From: Candidatus Woesearchaeota archaeon
GTDB lineage: Archaea; Nanobdellota; Nanobdellia; Woesearchaeales; UBA583
Reading direction: 5' to 3'
NCBI GenBank assembly: GCA_965205335.1
Contig: OZ242164.1
Location: forward strand, 992,001 to 1,056,000
Length of the DNA: 64,000 nt
The notes beneath the pieces were generated by a model. The model was not told the origin of the DNA. It saw nothing but the letters and a program-made list of their open reading frames with translations, and did no database searches. Below, piece by piece: positions 30,491 through 39,999 of this stretch (the first letter of the stretch is position 1; every line of letters begins with the position of its first letter). The position numbers and the translations under genes were made by a program.

Positions 30491-30565
30491 AGAAGTTATT
30501 TTTGTTTAGGATATATAAATATTTGTTCTCATAAGATTATTAGAAAAGAGGATTTAGGATTAGAA

Positions 30566-30736
30566 TTATTTAAGTTCTAGAATTTCAGCTTTAATTGATA
30601 ATTTTCCACCTCTTGGAGTTCCAAGTATTTCATTACATTTGATGCATTTAATTTCACTTGATGCTCTGGCGAAAATTGTCTGTTCATTGCCACAGGAATG
30701 GCATTTAACTTTAATCCATGATTTTTTGTTTTCCAT
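30566..30736 (-). CDS. rps27e: 30S ribosomal protein S27e (absent from ORF track)
   Basis: Manual translation MENKKSWIKVKCHSCGNEQTIFARASSEIKCIKCNEILGTPRGGKLSIKAEILELK. Confidence 0.93.
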   Translation of the reverse strand: MENKKSWIKVKCHSCGNEQTIFARASSEIKCIKCNEILGTPRGGKLSIKAEILELK

Positions 30737-30744
30737 TTTTAATT

Positions 30745-31149
30745 TTATCTGTATGATTTTTGCCTCTTTGCTCTTGCATGAGAGTTGTTTGGTTTTTTCA
30801 TTTCTTTAAATCTTGTGTCAGAAACAAGCATGCTTCTGTCATATTCCAAAAATTTCTTTCTTATTTCTTCGCCTTTTGATTCAACTAATGCTCTTGCAAT
30901 TGCCTGTCTTATGGCATCTGCCTGCGAGTTAGAGCCTCCTCCAAATACATTAATTTTCAAATCATACTTTCCATCTTCTCCTGAGATAATTAATGGTTCT
31001 TTGATTTTCAACGCAAGTATTGAAGCACTAACATAATTGTCAAGATCTTGATTATTAATTCGTAAGATTCCACTTCCTTTCTTAAGTGTTGCTCTTGCAA
31101 TGCTTGTTTTTCTTCTTCCTGTTGTGTGAATAACGTTTGATTTTGCCAT
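30745..31149 (-). CDS. rps9: 30S ribosomal protein uS9
   Basis: GRRKTSIARA, GGG, ARAKRQKSYR. Confidence 0.97.
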   Translation of the reverse strand: MAKSNVIHTTGRRKTSIARATLKKGSGILRINNQDLDNYVSASILALKIKEPLIISGEDGKYDLKINVFGGGSNSQADAIRQAIARALVESKGEEIRKKFLEYDRSMLVSDTRFKEMKKPNNSHARAKRQKSYR

Positions 31150-31150
31150 T

Positions 31151-31603
31151 TTATTTCTCCTTGTTATAACCTAATAGATTTGAAATTTCCCCTACTTTTG
31201 AATAATAGAATACTGAATTTTCATCTAATTTTGCGGATTCAATAATTTCTTTTTCTGAATTAGCTAATGTGCTTGGAATAGAATTGTAGCATTTAAGTCT
31301 TCGGAAGGCGTCAATTCCACGTGCATTTTTGTATGGAAGCATATTCCGAAATGCTCTTTTAACTAAATCAGCAGGGCTTTTTGAATAATAAGGTCCCTGC
31401 TTGATCACTTTATTTGAAATCTTGTTTTTATATCTTTCAACGAGATATTTTTTTCTGCCTAAAATCACCACATCTTTGCAGTTTACAATTTTAAATGATT
31501 CTCCTAAGAGAAGTCTCTTGCAAATTTCACTTCCCAATCTGCCTAAAATCATATTCTGACCATCAATTATTGTGTAATTTTCTTCTTTATTAGTTTGTTT
31601 CAT
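31151..31603 (-). CDS. rpl13: 50S ribosomal protein uL13
   Basis: IDGQNMILGRL, GPYY, RNMLPYK. Confidence 0.95.
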   Translation of the reverse strand: MKQTNKEENYTIIDGQNMILGRLGSEICKRLLLGESFKIVNCKDVVILGRKKYLVERYKNKISNKVIKQGPYYSKSPADLVKRAFRNMLPYKNARGIDAFRRLKCYNSIPSTLANSEKEIIESAKLDENSVFYYSKVGEISNLLGYNKEK

Positions 31604-31604
31604 T

Positions 31605-32204
31605 TTACAGTTTGCTCCCCAATTCAGTGATTTTATCAATTAATATGTCAATTGATTTGTTATAGATTTCTTTTGCATTCAATTGTCCAAATGGTTCTAT
31701 AATCAAATTTATTTTTCCACCTTTTTCTTCTCTTAAATAAGCATGAGCAGGAGCCCATTTTGCATGTTCTATTCCTTTTCCTAACTGAGCTTTCATATTT
31801 ACTTCAAGTTTCTGTTTTTGAAATAATTTAGTAATTGCCATATTCTCAATTGTAGGAACAATGTTTGGGTCATCTGATTTAATGGATGATGATAAGACTA
31901 ATCCTTCTTCTTCTTGTTTTAGACTCATACTGACTTCACATAGGGCGCATCCAATTCCACCGCATTTGCAACTTTCTTTAAAGTTGTATGATTTTAAATC
32001 TGTTTTCAGAGGGATAAGTCCTAATCTGTGAGCTAATGTTTCATCATATAAGGGAGAATCATTAATAACTATTTCAACATCTTCAATAGCAAAGGTCGGA
32101 ACTTCATCAAGGATAATTCTTCTAAATGCATTTATAATAGTAGGATGAGTGTTTTTAAATTCAATGACTGATGCCTCTTTTTGATTTTTAATTGTCTGAG
32201 CCAT
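31605..32204 (-). CDS. rpoD: RNA polymerase subunit Rpo3 (D)
   Basis: NAFRRIILDEVPTFAI, LAHRLGLIPL, CxCxxxGCxxC, HAKW. Confidence 0.96.
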   Translation of the reverse strand: MAQTIKNQKEASVIEFKNTHPTIINAFRRIILDEVPTFAIEDVEIVINDSPLYDETLAHRLGLIPLKTDLKSYNFKESCKCGGIGCALCEVSMSLKQEEEGLVLSSSIKSDDPNIVPTIENMAITKLFQKQKLEVNMKAQLGKGIEHAKWAPAHAYLREEKGGKINLIIEPFGQLNAKEIYNKSIDILIDKITELGSKL

Positions 32205-32206
32205 TT

Positions 32207-32749
32207 TTATACTCTTCTCCCTCTTCTTCCCCCTTTTTTTCTGCATGAGTCATGTGGAATAGGAGTTATATCTTCAATTCTTCCTAATTTGATTCTATAT
32301 CTTGTAAGCATCCTAACTGCCGCCTGAGCCCCAGGACCTGGTGTCATTGGACCATTATGTCCTCCAACTGCTCTTAGTTTAACGAATAAATTAGTTATTC
32401 CCACTCTTCGACATGTTTCGCTAACCTGTTTAGCTGCTGCCATTGCAATATTTGGTGTTGCTTTTAATCTATCTGATTTTGTAACCATTCCCCCTGTTAC
32501 TTTGATAATTGTTTCACTGCCTGTTATGTCTGTTACATGAAGATGAGTATTGTTGTATGAAGAGTAAATATAAAGAATACCCCAATGCTGATTTTCATCT
32601 TTTTTTAGTGGTTTTTTATCTAGAATTGGTTTTATCTCTTTTTCTTTAGATGCTTTTTCAAGTTCTTCTTTTGCTTCTTCTTTTATTTCTTCTTCTGTTT
32701 CTGTTGTTCCAGCATATAATTCTTTATTTTTTAAGTCCTCTTTTGCCAT
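32207..32749 (-). CDS. rps11: 30S ribosomal protein uS11 with charged N-terminal extension
   Basis: [31 protein letters not shown]. Confidence 0.97.
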   Translation of the reverse strand: MAKEDLKNKELYAGTTETEEEIKEEAKEELEKASKEKEIKPILDKKPLKKDENQHWGILYIYSSYNNTHLHVTDITGSETIIKVTGGMVTKSDRLKATPNIAMAAAKQVSETCRRVGITNLFVKLRAVGGHNGPMTPGPGAQAAVRMLTRYRIKLGRIEDITPIPHDSCRKKGGRRGRRV

Positions 32750-33390
32750 TATTCTATTACCTCATCTGATTCTTCATTATCTAATGCTTCTTCTTTTTTA
32801 TCAAAGTCACCTTCTTTTGGGGTTGAGTCTGGCATTTCTTCCATTTCTTTTTCCATATCATCCATTCCTTTTGTCTGAATTTTTCTCTCCGGGTGATTTT
32901 CATCAGATAAACTTGAGTTGCCTTTAAATTCAACAGTTGTTTCTTCTCCCAATGATACGGAATATGATGGAGATGTTACAACTTTCCCACCCACTTTGAT
33001 GTGTCTGTGCACTACAAACTGTCTTGCCTGTTCAGGTGTTCTTGCAAGTTTCATTTTGTAGATAATGTTTGATATTCTTCTTTCTAATATATCTCTTAGA
33101 GTGATGTCCAAAATTTCATCTAATGAGGTTGCCTGCTGATTTAGATATCCTAATGCTTTTAGTTTATCAACAAAACGTTTTGCCTCAGGACTGTTTTTTG
33201 TTTCAACATTTCTGTTTAATTCTTTGGCAATTTTTTTATATTTAGAGATTACAAATTCCACTTTTCTTATTTCTCTTTTATTTTTCAGAGTGTAATCTGT
33301 AACAAGAACTTTTTCATCCTCAATTGTTTGTTTGTCCCATCTCTTTTTATGGGAAACATATTTTTTTCTGTGTTTTATTGGAAGACCCAT
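32749..33390 (-). CDS. rps4: 30S ribosomal protein uS4
   Basis: [22 protein letters not shown]. Confidence 0.96.
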   Translation of the reverse strand: MGLPIKHRKKYVSHKKRWDKQTIEDEKVLVTDYTLKNKREIRKVEFVISKYKKIAKELNRNVETKNSPEAKRFVDKLKALGYLNQQATSLDEILDITLRDILERRISNIIYKMKLARTPEQARQFVVHRHIKVGGKVVTSPSYSVSLGEETTVEFKGNSSLSDENHPERKIQTKGMDDMEKEMEEMPDSTPKEGDFDKKEEALDNEESDEVIE

Positions 33391-33864
33391 TTATTTTCTG
33401 CCTCCTGATTTTGATTTCATAGCAGCGATGGTTTTAGAATGTCTGAAATTGGATTTGGTTCTCTGCCCTCTAACAGGAAGTTTTAATCTTAGTCTTAAAC
33501 CTCTGTATGATTTGATTTTACCTAATCTTCTTCTTACCTGAAGGTCATTAAATTCAATGTCTTTTGTTGCTAAGTGCAAATCATCTCCTGTATCATAATC
33601 TTTTCTTTGATTTAGTAACCACTTGGGTATTTCCTCTTTCTTAGGGTCTGTTAGGAATTCTTCAATTTTAGATATTTCATCATCAGATAAGTCTGTGACT
33701 TTTTTGTTTTTGTCTAATTTTAGGTAGTGGCACATAGCATTAGCAAACATTACGCCAACTCCTTTTATGTTAGATAAACCATAGATTAGCGTTTTGTTTC
33801 CCAAAACTCCTGTTCCCATAATTCTTACAAAGTTCTCTTTTGGTTTTGCTTGTGGCTTTCCCAT
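33391..33864 (-). CDS. rps13: 30S ribosomal protein uS13
   Basis: IKGVG, IPKWLLN, YRGLR, LPVRGQRTKSN. Confidence 0.96.
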   Translation of the reverse strand: MGKPQAKPKENFVRIMGTGVLGNKTLIYGLSNIKGVGVMFANAMCHYLKLDKNKKVTDLSDDEISKIEEFLTDPKKEEIPKWLLNQRKDYDTGDDLHLATKDIEFNDLQVRRRLGKIKSYRGLRLRLKLPVRGQRTKSNFRHSKTIAAMKSKSGGRK

Positions 33865-34060
33865 AGTATGAAAAATGAGAGTTGCTTTATAAAAGTTTGC
33901 TGGTTGGATTTTATTTATATAATTTATTGTTATTGTAAGTGACAATACTAAGGTGTGTGTGTGTCAAAGGTGAGTTATTTTAGTAATGCCTTTGTAATTT
34001 TTATTTAAGTGGTTTGGTAAGATTTATAAAAGTATGGAGTTTAATTTAGTTATAAGTTAT

Positions 34061-34145
34061 GACTGGGTTGCCAAGTCTGGTCAAAGGCGCAGGACTTAAG
34101 ATCCTGTCACATTCGTGTTCGTGGGTTCGAATCCCATCCCAGTCA
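34061..34145 (+). tRNA. tRNA-Leu (anticodon TAA)
   Basis: Acceptor GACTGGG/CCCAGTC-A, anticodon arm CAGGA-CTTAAGA-TCCTG, long variable arm, GGTTCGAATCC; CCA not encoded; TATA box upstream. Confidence 0.95.
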
Positions 34146-34295
34146 TACTTTTTATAGTAATACATACTTCCAAAAGTGTATGCTGTTTCTGAATTAAAAA
34201 ATTAAATTTCAAAAATTGTTTTATTTAGTTTTTTAAGGTATATATTTTGCTTCTCCTATGAATAAATTTATAATTGATTTAAGATTAAATTTCGT

Positions 34296-34770
34296 ATGGA
34301 ATTTGCTTTTTTAGATGAAAGTGGTGATAATGGAAAAAATGGAAGTAAATACTTAGTATTAACATTATTATGCACTAATAAAAGAAAACAATTAGTAAAG
34401 ATAATTAGAGAAACTAAAAGACAATTATTAAGGAATAATAAAAAAATTGAAAAGATTACAGTTGATTTAAATTTTTTTAATAAAGATAAAGAAAACTATT
34501 TCAAATTAATTAAATCTGATTCTACCCCCAATAAAGGAATACAATCAATACTATATTTTACTAAGATTGACAAAAAACATATAATGAGTTACTAAAAGAC
34601 AAAGAAAATGCTATTAAGGTTGAACATCATAATTCAAGATTATCAGAAGAGTTACAGGCATTAGATTTACTATGTGGTGCAATTGCTACAAAATTCGAAA
34701 AAAATAATTCTGAATTCTTTGATATTATTAAAGATAATAAACTATCTATAGAGGGAAGTGTGGGGAGTAA
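34296..34770 (+). pseudogene. DUF3800 family gene, frameshifted and apparently shortened
   Basis: N-terminal FLDESGD; C-terminal part in another frame (HHNSRLSEELQALDLLCGAI...stop 34770). Confidence 0.7.
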
Positions 34771-34790
34771 GATTAGATTTGAGAATAACA

Positions 34791-34870
34791 AATAAAACAC
34801 AAAACCTTTTTTACTTGTCAAACCTTACCACTTAAGCAATAAGTCCTTTCAAAAAGGATTTTATATGTGT
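34791..34870 (-). ncRNA. Candidate structured RNA convergent with the DUF3800 gene
   Basis: Minus-strand BRE/TATA (aaaagataaaTTTATATA, about 34893-34910) with no ORF behind it; nested stems with G-U pairs that form only on the minus strand. Confidence 0.5.
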
Positions 34871-34920
34871 AATATTATCTAATACTACTATATATATAAA
34901 TTTATCTTTTTACTAAATTG

Positions 34921-35416
34921 TGTGTAAACGGGTGACATATGTCACCAGTCTAAAAATTAACAATTCTTATTAATTTTATGAAAAATACGAAATTAGGAAA
35001 GTTTTCATAAGACTAAGAGTTAAACAAAACTCTTATTCAAAATGCAAGAAAATACTGCTGAGAAGTGCAAATACTTTGTAAGTATTCGTACTTTAAAACT
35101 TTGGCAACACCGTTTTGATAAAGAAATATGGGATTATCAAGATAAGTCTACAAGACCAAACAAGATCTATTACAAAGTTACTTTAGAAGATGAGAAAGCA
35201 ATTTTAAATCTTCGATATAGAACTGGTGGGGGAAGCTAAAAAGCTTCATAAATTCCTACTAATCAGGATATTTCAGAGTAACCATTAATAGAGTTATTTA
35301 GGTATAGATACAATGTTTTTAGACCTCATGAGAGCTTATTTGGTCAAACTCCTTCTTATGAGTTTGACAACTTTCAGAGAAAGTTGAGGTGGTGACATAT
35401 GTCATTGCACTACACA
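34921..35416 (+). mobile_element. Internally deleted IS481 copy (non-autonomous)
   Basis: Both TIRs present; high identity to 7068-8009; DDE core missing; frameshifted. Confidence 0.9.
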
Positions 35417-35547
35417 CCATATGCTTAAAAGTAATTCTTATAGAATAATTATTTAGTTACTTGATGTTTTCAGGTTAAAACTAAATTTATAATGTCTGTG
35501 TCTTTGGCAAAATATTTATAAGTAAACTCTATTTTCTTTATAGTGTA

Positions 35548-35715
35548 ATGGTTGAAGCAAAGTTTGATGAGTATGGAAATAAGATAATAAATGAAGCAGG
35601 TTCAGTTACGTTTAATTGTCCTAAATGCAATGATGTAGAGATTTCCAGATCAAGAAAAGCAAGAGAACTCTCAAAGGAGTATGTGTGTCCAAGGTGTGGA
35701 TTTGTAGGTCCTTAA
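35548..35715 (+). CDS. Small zinc-ribbon protein, DUF1610/COG2888 family (aS21-like); absent from ORF track
   Basis: MVEAKFDEYGNKIINEAGSVTFNCPKCNDVEISRSRKARELSKEYVCPRCGFVGP; family-typical FxCPxC and YxCPxCGFxGP. Confidence 0.85.
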   Translation: MVEAKFDEYGNKIINEAGSVTFNCPKCNDVEISRSRKARELSKEYVCPRCGFVGP

Positions 35716-35719
35716 AAAA

Positions 35720-36385
35720 ATGAAGAAAAAGTCAGAAGATTTTTACAAGAAGTATTCAATAGTTATGGGAATTGTTTTAGTTGTTCTTGTATTTGTTTTT
35801 CTTTATGTTAATAATACAAAGGATGGCAATACTTCTGAGGAAAAAACAGATGAATATGTTAATGATTCAAAAATGGATGAAGTAAAAAAGATTGCAGTTC
35901 TAAATACAAATCATGGAATTATAAAGATTAAGTTGTATTTAGAGGAAAGTCCGATAACAGCAGGAAATTTTAAAAAACTTGTTGAGGAAGGTTTTTATGA
36001 TGGAGTTAAGTTTCATAGGGTTATTCAAAATTTTATGATTCAAGGAGGAGATCCTCTTACGAAGGATGATTCTTCGCAGAATGGATGGGGGACAGGTAGT
36101 CCTGGGTATGCAATTGAGGATGAGTTTATTGAAGGACTGTCAAATGTTCGGGGGACAATTTCAATGGCAAATTCAGGTCCTAATTCAGGAGGTTCTCAGT
36201 TTTTCATTAATGTTGCTGATAATACAAGATTGGATTGGGACAAAGAACCTTCCCTGAGTAAACATCCTGTGTTTGGAATGGTTGTAGAAGGAATGGATGT
36301 AGTTGATGAGATTTCAAAAGTTCCAACAGTTTCTGGTGATAGGCCTTCTGAACATGTTGTAATTGAGAAGGCTTATATGGAATAA
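35720..36385 (+). CDS. Cyclophilin-type PPIase with N-terminal membrane anchor
   Basis: FHRVIQNFMIQGGDP, SMANSGPNSGGSQFF, HPVFG. Confidence 0.95.
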   Translation: MKKKSEDFYKKYSIVMGIVLVVLVFVFLYVNNTKDGNTSEEKTDEYVNDSKMDEVKKIAVLNTNHGIIKIKLYLEESPITAGNFKKLVEEGFYDGVKFHRVIQNFMIQGGDPLTKDDSSQNGWGTGSPGYAIEDEFIEGLSNVRGTISMANSGPNSGGSQFFINVADNTRLDWDKEPSLSKHPVFGMVVEGMDVVDEISKVPTVSGDRPSEHVVIEKAYME

Positions 36386-36482
36386 TTTTTGGATTTTTAT
36401 TTTTTTATTTTTTGCGGTTTTAATTTGAATTAGTTTAGAAGGAAACCTTAATCTTATAAAATAAGGTTAATTTTTAGATTGT

Positions 36483-37481
36483 ATGCAGTTAAGCAATCAG
36501 GCAAAGTCAGTTCTTGAAAATCAGGGGTATAGAATAGTTGGAACTCATAGTGCGGTTAAGACTTGTGGCTGGACTAAGAATACTTTAAGGGGGAAAGGTG
36601 GTTGTTATAAACTTAAATTCTATGGTATAAAGTCTCATAAGTGCATGCAGATGTCAACGTCTATTTCTTGTGCTAATAGATGTACTTTTTGTTGGAGAGA
36701 TTATAAGTCCCCAGTTTCAAAGACATGGGATTGGAATGTTGATGAGCCTGATATGATATTTGATAAGTCGCTTGAGGCTCATCATGATTTGCTTGTGGGG
36801 TTTAAGGGAAATCCAAATACTCCAAAGGTTTTGTATGAGCAATCAAATAAAGTTGAACATGTTGCATTATCACTAACAGGAGAACCTATTACATATCCCA
36901 GAATGAATGAGTTAGTTAGGAAGTTTCATAGTCAGAAGATTTCAACTTTTCTTGTGACAAATGCTCAATATCCAGATGCAATTAGGAATTTAATTCCAGT
37001 AACTCAATTGTATATTAGTTTGGATGCTCCAAAGAAGGAGTTGTTAAAGAAAGTAGATGTTCCATTGTTTAAGGATTATTGGGAGAGGTTAAATTTATCT
37101 CTTGAAATTATGGCGAAGAGACTGGATAGAACCTGCATCAGATTAACCTGCATTAAAGATTTGAATATGATTGAACCAGAGAATTATGCTAAGTTGATTA
37201 AGAAGGCGTCACCTGATTTTATTGAGGTTAAGGGTTATATGTGGGTTGGAGCATCTCAGGAGAGGTTAAAGTTTGAAAATATGCCAAAGTCATATGAGAT
37301 AGAGGAATTTGCAATGAAGGTTTTAGAGCATCTTGATGATTATGAATATGTAACAGAGCATAGTCCATCAAGAGTAATTCTTCTTGCAAAAAAAAAGTTC
37401 AATAAACAGACATGGATTGATTATCCTAAATTCTTTGAAGAGTATCCAAGTCTTCTAAGAGAATGGAAGAGAGTGAAGTAA
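36483..37481 (+). CDS. taw1: 4-demethylwyosine synthase TYW1/Taw1 (radical SAM)
   Basis: HSAVKTCGW, CYKLKFYGI, CANRCTFCWR, LSLTGEP. Confidence 0.95.
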   Translation: MQLSNQAKSVLENQGYRIVGTHSAVKTCGWTKNTLRGKGGCYKLKFYGIKSHKCMQMSTSISCANRCTFCWRDYKSPVSKTWDWNVDEPDMIFDKSLEAHHDLLVGFKGNPNTPKVLYEQSNKVEHVALSLTGEPITYPRMNELVRKFHSQKISTFLVTNAQYPDAIRNLIPVTQLYISLDAPKKELLKKVDVPLFKDYWERLNLSLEIMAKRLDRTCIRLTCIKDLNMIEPENYAKLIKKASPDFIEVKGYMWVGASQERLKFENMPKSYEIEEFAMKVLEHLDDYEYVTEHSPSRVILLAKKKFNKQTWIDYPKFFEEYPSLLREWKRVK

Positions 37482-37565
37482 TATTGAGAATTAGGTTTAG
37501 ACTTTAGGGAATTTTTTAATTTTAGAATAAAAGTCTTTATAAAGGCTCTTTTCTTTTTTTTAAGT

Positions 37566-38663
37566 ATGAGTTTAGCAGAGAAATTAAAATTTAGAAAGTT
37601 TATTAAACAATTGAAAAGATATAAAGGCAGGCATACGGAACTTATTAGTGTTTATCTGCCGCCTAAAACTGAGATTTCCAAAACAATTCAGACACTTTCT
37701 GATGAACAGGGCACTGCAACAAATATAAAGGATAAAAATACAGGTAAATCAGTTATTACTTCGCTTGAACGTATGATTAGAACACTTAAAACTTTTGACA
37801 GAGTGCCTGATAATGGAATCGCTATTTTTTCAGGAAATGTTTCAGACAGGGATAATATTTCAGATTTTAAAGTATTTTGGGTTGAACCTCCCAAACCAGT
37901 TTCAACAAAATTATATAGATGCGAACAGAGATTTATTACAAAGCATCTTGAAGAGATGGATGCAAATGAAACTACTTACGGACTTATTGTTATAGATAAA
38001 GGTGAAGCAACAGTTGGAGTTTTGTGTGGTTCATCAATTAGAACAATTAAGACAATGGTTTCAAATGTTCCAGGGAAACATAAAACTGGCGGGCAATCAG
38101 CTCAGAGATTTGAGAGAATTCGCGAAGGTGCAACAATTGAGTTTTTTAAGAGGGTTTCTGATGTTGTAACAAAGGAATTTACATATATGAATGAGTTAAA
38201 GGGAATTTTAATTGGAGGTCCTGGTACTACAAAGAATAATTTTGTTGATGGAAATTATATGAATGAACAGATTAAGGGAAAAATTATTGCAGTAAAAGAT
38301 ATTACATACACTAATGCTTTTGGGTTAAAGGAGTTATTTGATGCATCAGAAAATGATTTGGCAGATACGGAAGTTGTTGAGGAGAGAAAAACTATTGAGA
38401 AATTTTTTGATACATTAGGCAAGAATGTAGATATGGTAGTCTACGGACTTGAAAATACGAAAGCCGCTCTAAAAATGGGGGCAGTTGATTCTCTGATTAT
38501 TATTGATGATATTGTTTCCGATGAGGATTTAGAGGAACTAACAAAGATTGCCCAGATATCAAAAACTAATGTTAGTTTAGTGACAGATAAGACTCCTGAA
38601 GGTGTTCAGTATAAGGGTTTAACGGGGATTGGTGGCATTTTAAGATATCCTATCTCAAACTAA
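37566..38663 (+). CDS. prf1: Peptide chain release factor aRF1
   Basis: GRHTELISVY, NIKD, YRC, GGQSAQRF, GIGGILRY. Confidence 0.96.
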   Translation: MSLAEKLKFRKFIKQLKRYKGRHTELISVYLPPKTEISKTIQTLSDEQGTATNIKDKNTGKSVITSLERMIRTLKTFDRVPDNGIAIFSGNVSDRDNISDFKVFWVEPPKPVSTKLYRCEQRFITKHLEEMDANETTYGLIVIDKGEATVGVLCGSSIRTIKTMVSNVPGKHKTGGQSAQRFERIREGATIEFFKRVSDVVTKEFTYMNELKGILIGGPGTTKNNFVDGNYMNEQIKGKIIAVKDITYTNAFGLKELFDASENDLADTEVVEERKTIEKFFDTLGKNVDMVVYGLENTKAALKMGAVDSLIIIDDIVSDEDLEELTKIAQISKTNVSLVTDKTPEGVQYKGLTGIGGILRYPISN

Positions 38664-38718
38664 ATCTCTTGTAAATAACAACTAAACTTTATATACTTTA
38701 TTCTTAGTTTTATAGTAT

Positions 38719-39921
38719 ATGACTTCTTTTAGTGATATTTTCAAATTTGTGCTAAAGAACATGTTTGAAAAGAAAGGAAGAGTTTTGTTAACAGTTTCAG
38801 GAATTGTTATAGGAATTTTTACGTTTATTTTTTTTGTGTTTGCATCACAGGGTTTGTCAAATGCAATTTCTGGGCAATTCACTGCGTTTGGCGTAAATGT
38901 TTTAATAGTTCGCTCAGCAGATTCTAGTAGTGGAGGTCCTCCTGGAGGAGGTGGATTAACAGATACGGATATTGAGAATATAAAAAAGGTTGCAAGAGGA
39001 TATAAGTATGTAGCACCTTTTATATTTCATACCGGGTTGTATGAGTATGGAAGAAGTAGGGAAGTAATTGTGTCGTTAGCGTATCCTGATAAGTATTGGG
39101 ATGATGTGGGATCAGATATTGGAATTGAGATGGAGAAAGGGAGGTTTTTACGGCAGGGAGATAGAGGAGTTGTAGTAGTTGGAGATAAGGTATCAAAAGA
39201 TGGATTTGGGGAAGGAAATGAAATTATAGTAGGTAGTTCTATTAAAGCTGAAAATAGAAGTTTTAGAGTAATTGGAATAATAAAGAACAGGGGGGATTTG
39301 TTTGTTGATAATTCAATTCTTTTAACTTTTGATGATATAAAGAAAGTGTCAGGTCAGGATACTTATGGGGGGATAAGAGTGAGTTTTCTTGAAGGGGTTG
39401 ATTTGGATGAACAAAGAAATGCTATTGAGAGGAAGCTTAATCCAAATAGTCGTGAGAAGAATATAGAGATAACATCTCCTAATCAGGCAATTGAACAGTT
39501 TAATTCAATATTAGGAGTTCTTAGAATGATAATTTTGTTTGTTTCATCAATTGCTTTAGTTGTGGGTGGAATTAATGTTATGAATACTATGTATTCTAAT
39601 ATTTTGGAGAGAATAAATGAAATTTCTGTAATGAAGGCTCTTGGAGGGACAAATTCAGATATTAGAAATATGTTTTTGATTGAGAGTTCTATTCTTGGGT
39701 TTATCGGGGCTTTTGTAGGGTTTATGTTAGCATACGGGTTAGCTGAACTTCTTTCGTATTTGATTACAAATTTTGGGGGTTATAATGTTCCAGTGAATTT
39801 TAGTTTTGAACTTTTTATTTACACAATGCTAATTACTACATTTTTTGCTATGCTTTTTGGAACTTATCCTGCAATAAGAGCTTCTTATGTTGATCCTGCT
39901 GATAATTTAAGAGATGAGTGA
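38719..39921 (+). CDS. ABC transporter permease, MacB/FtsX family
   Basis: RxLLTxxGIVIG, GGINVMNTM, ERINEISVMKALG, YPAxRA. Confidence 0.92.
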   Translation: MTSFSDIFKFVLKNMFEKKGRVLLTVSGIVIGIFTFIFFVFASQGLSNAISGQFTAFGVNVLIVRSADSSSGGPPGGGGLTDTDIENIKKVARGYKYVAPFIFHTGLYEYGRSREVIVSLAYPDKYWDDVGSDIGIEMEKGRFLRQGDRGVVVVGDKVSKDGFGEGNEIIVGSSIKAENRSFRVIGIIKNRGDLFVDNSILLTFDDIKKVSGQDTYGGIRVSFLEGVDLDEQRNAIERKLNPNSREKNIEITSPNQAIEQFNSILGVLRMIILFVSSIALVVGGINVMNTMYSNILERINEISVMKALGGTNSDIRNMFLIESSILGFIGAFVGFMLAYGLAELLSYLITNFGGYNVPVNFSFELFIYTMLITTFFAMLFGTYPAIRASYVDPADNLRDE

Positions 39922-39999
39922 AGTTTTTTGGTTTGAAGTTTAATATGAGAATTTTAGTATTGAGAGAGAATAAGGATTTTGCATAAATATAATAATTTT

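Noticed and set aside
34146-35500. Integrase-type island at tRNA-Leu
   Set aside because: No integrase and no duplicated tRNA 3' end seen
24910-38663. Stop-codon reassignment suggested by in-frame TGA/TAA in the RSH-like gene and NIKD in aRF1
   Set aside because: TGA, TAA and TAG all end conserved genes at expected positions (cdc6 TGA, glgP TAA, tldE TAG), and the same gene also has frameshifts
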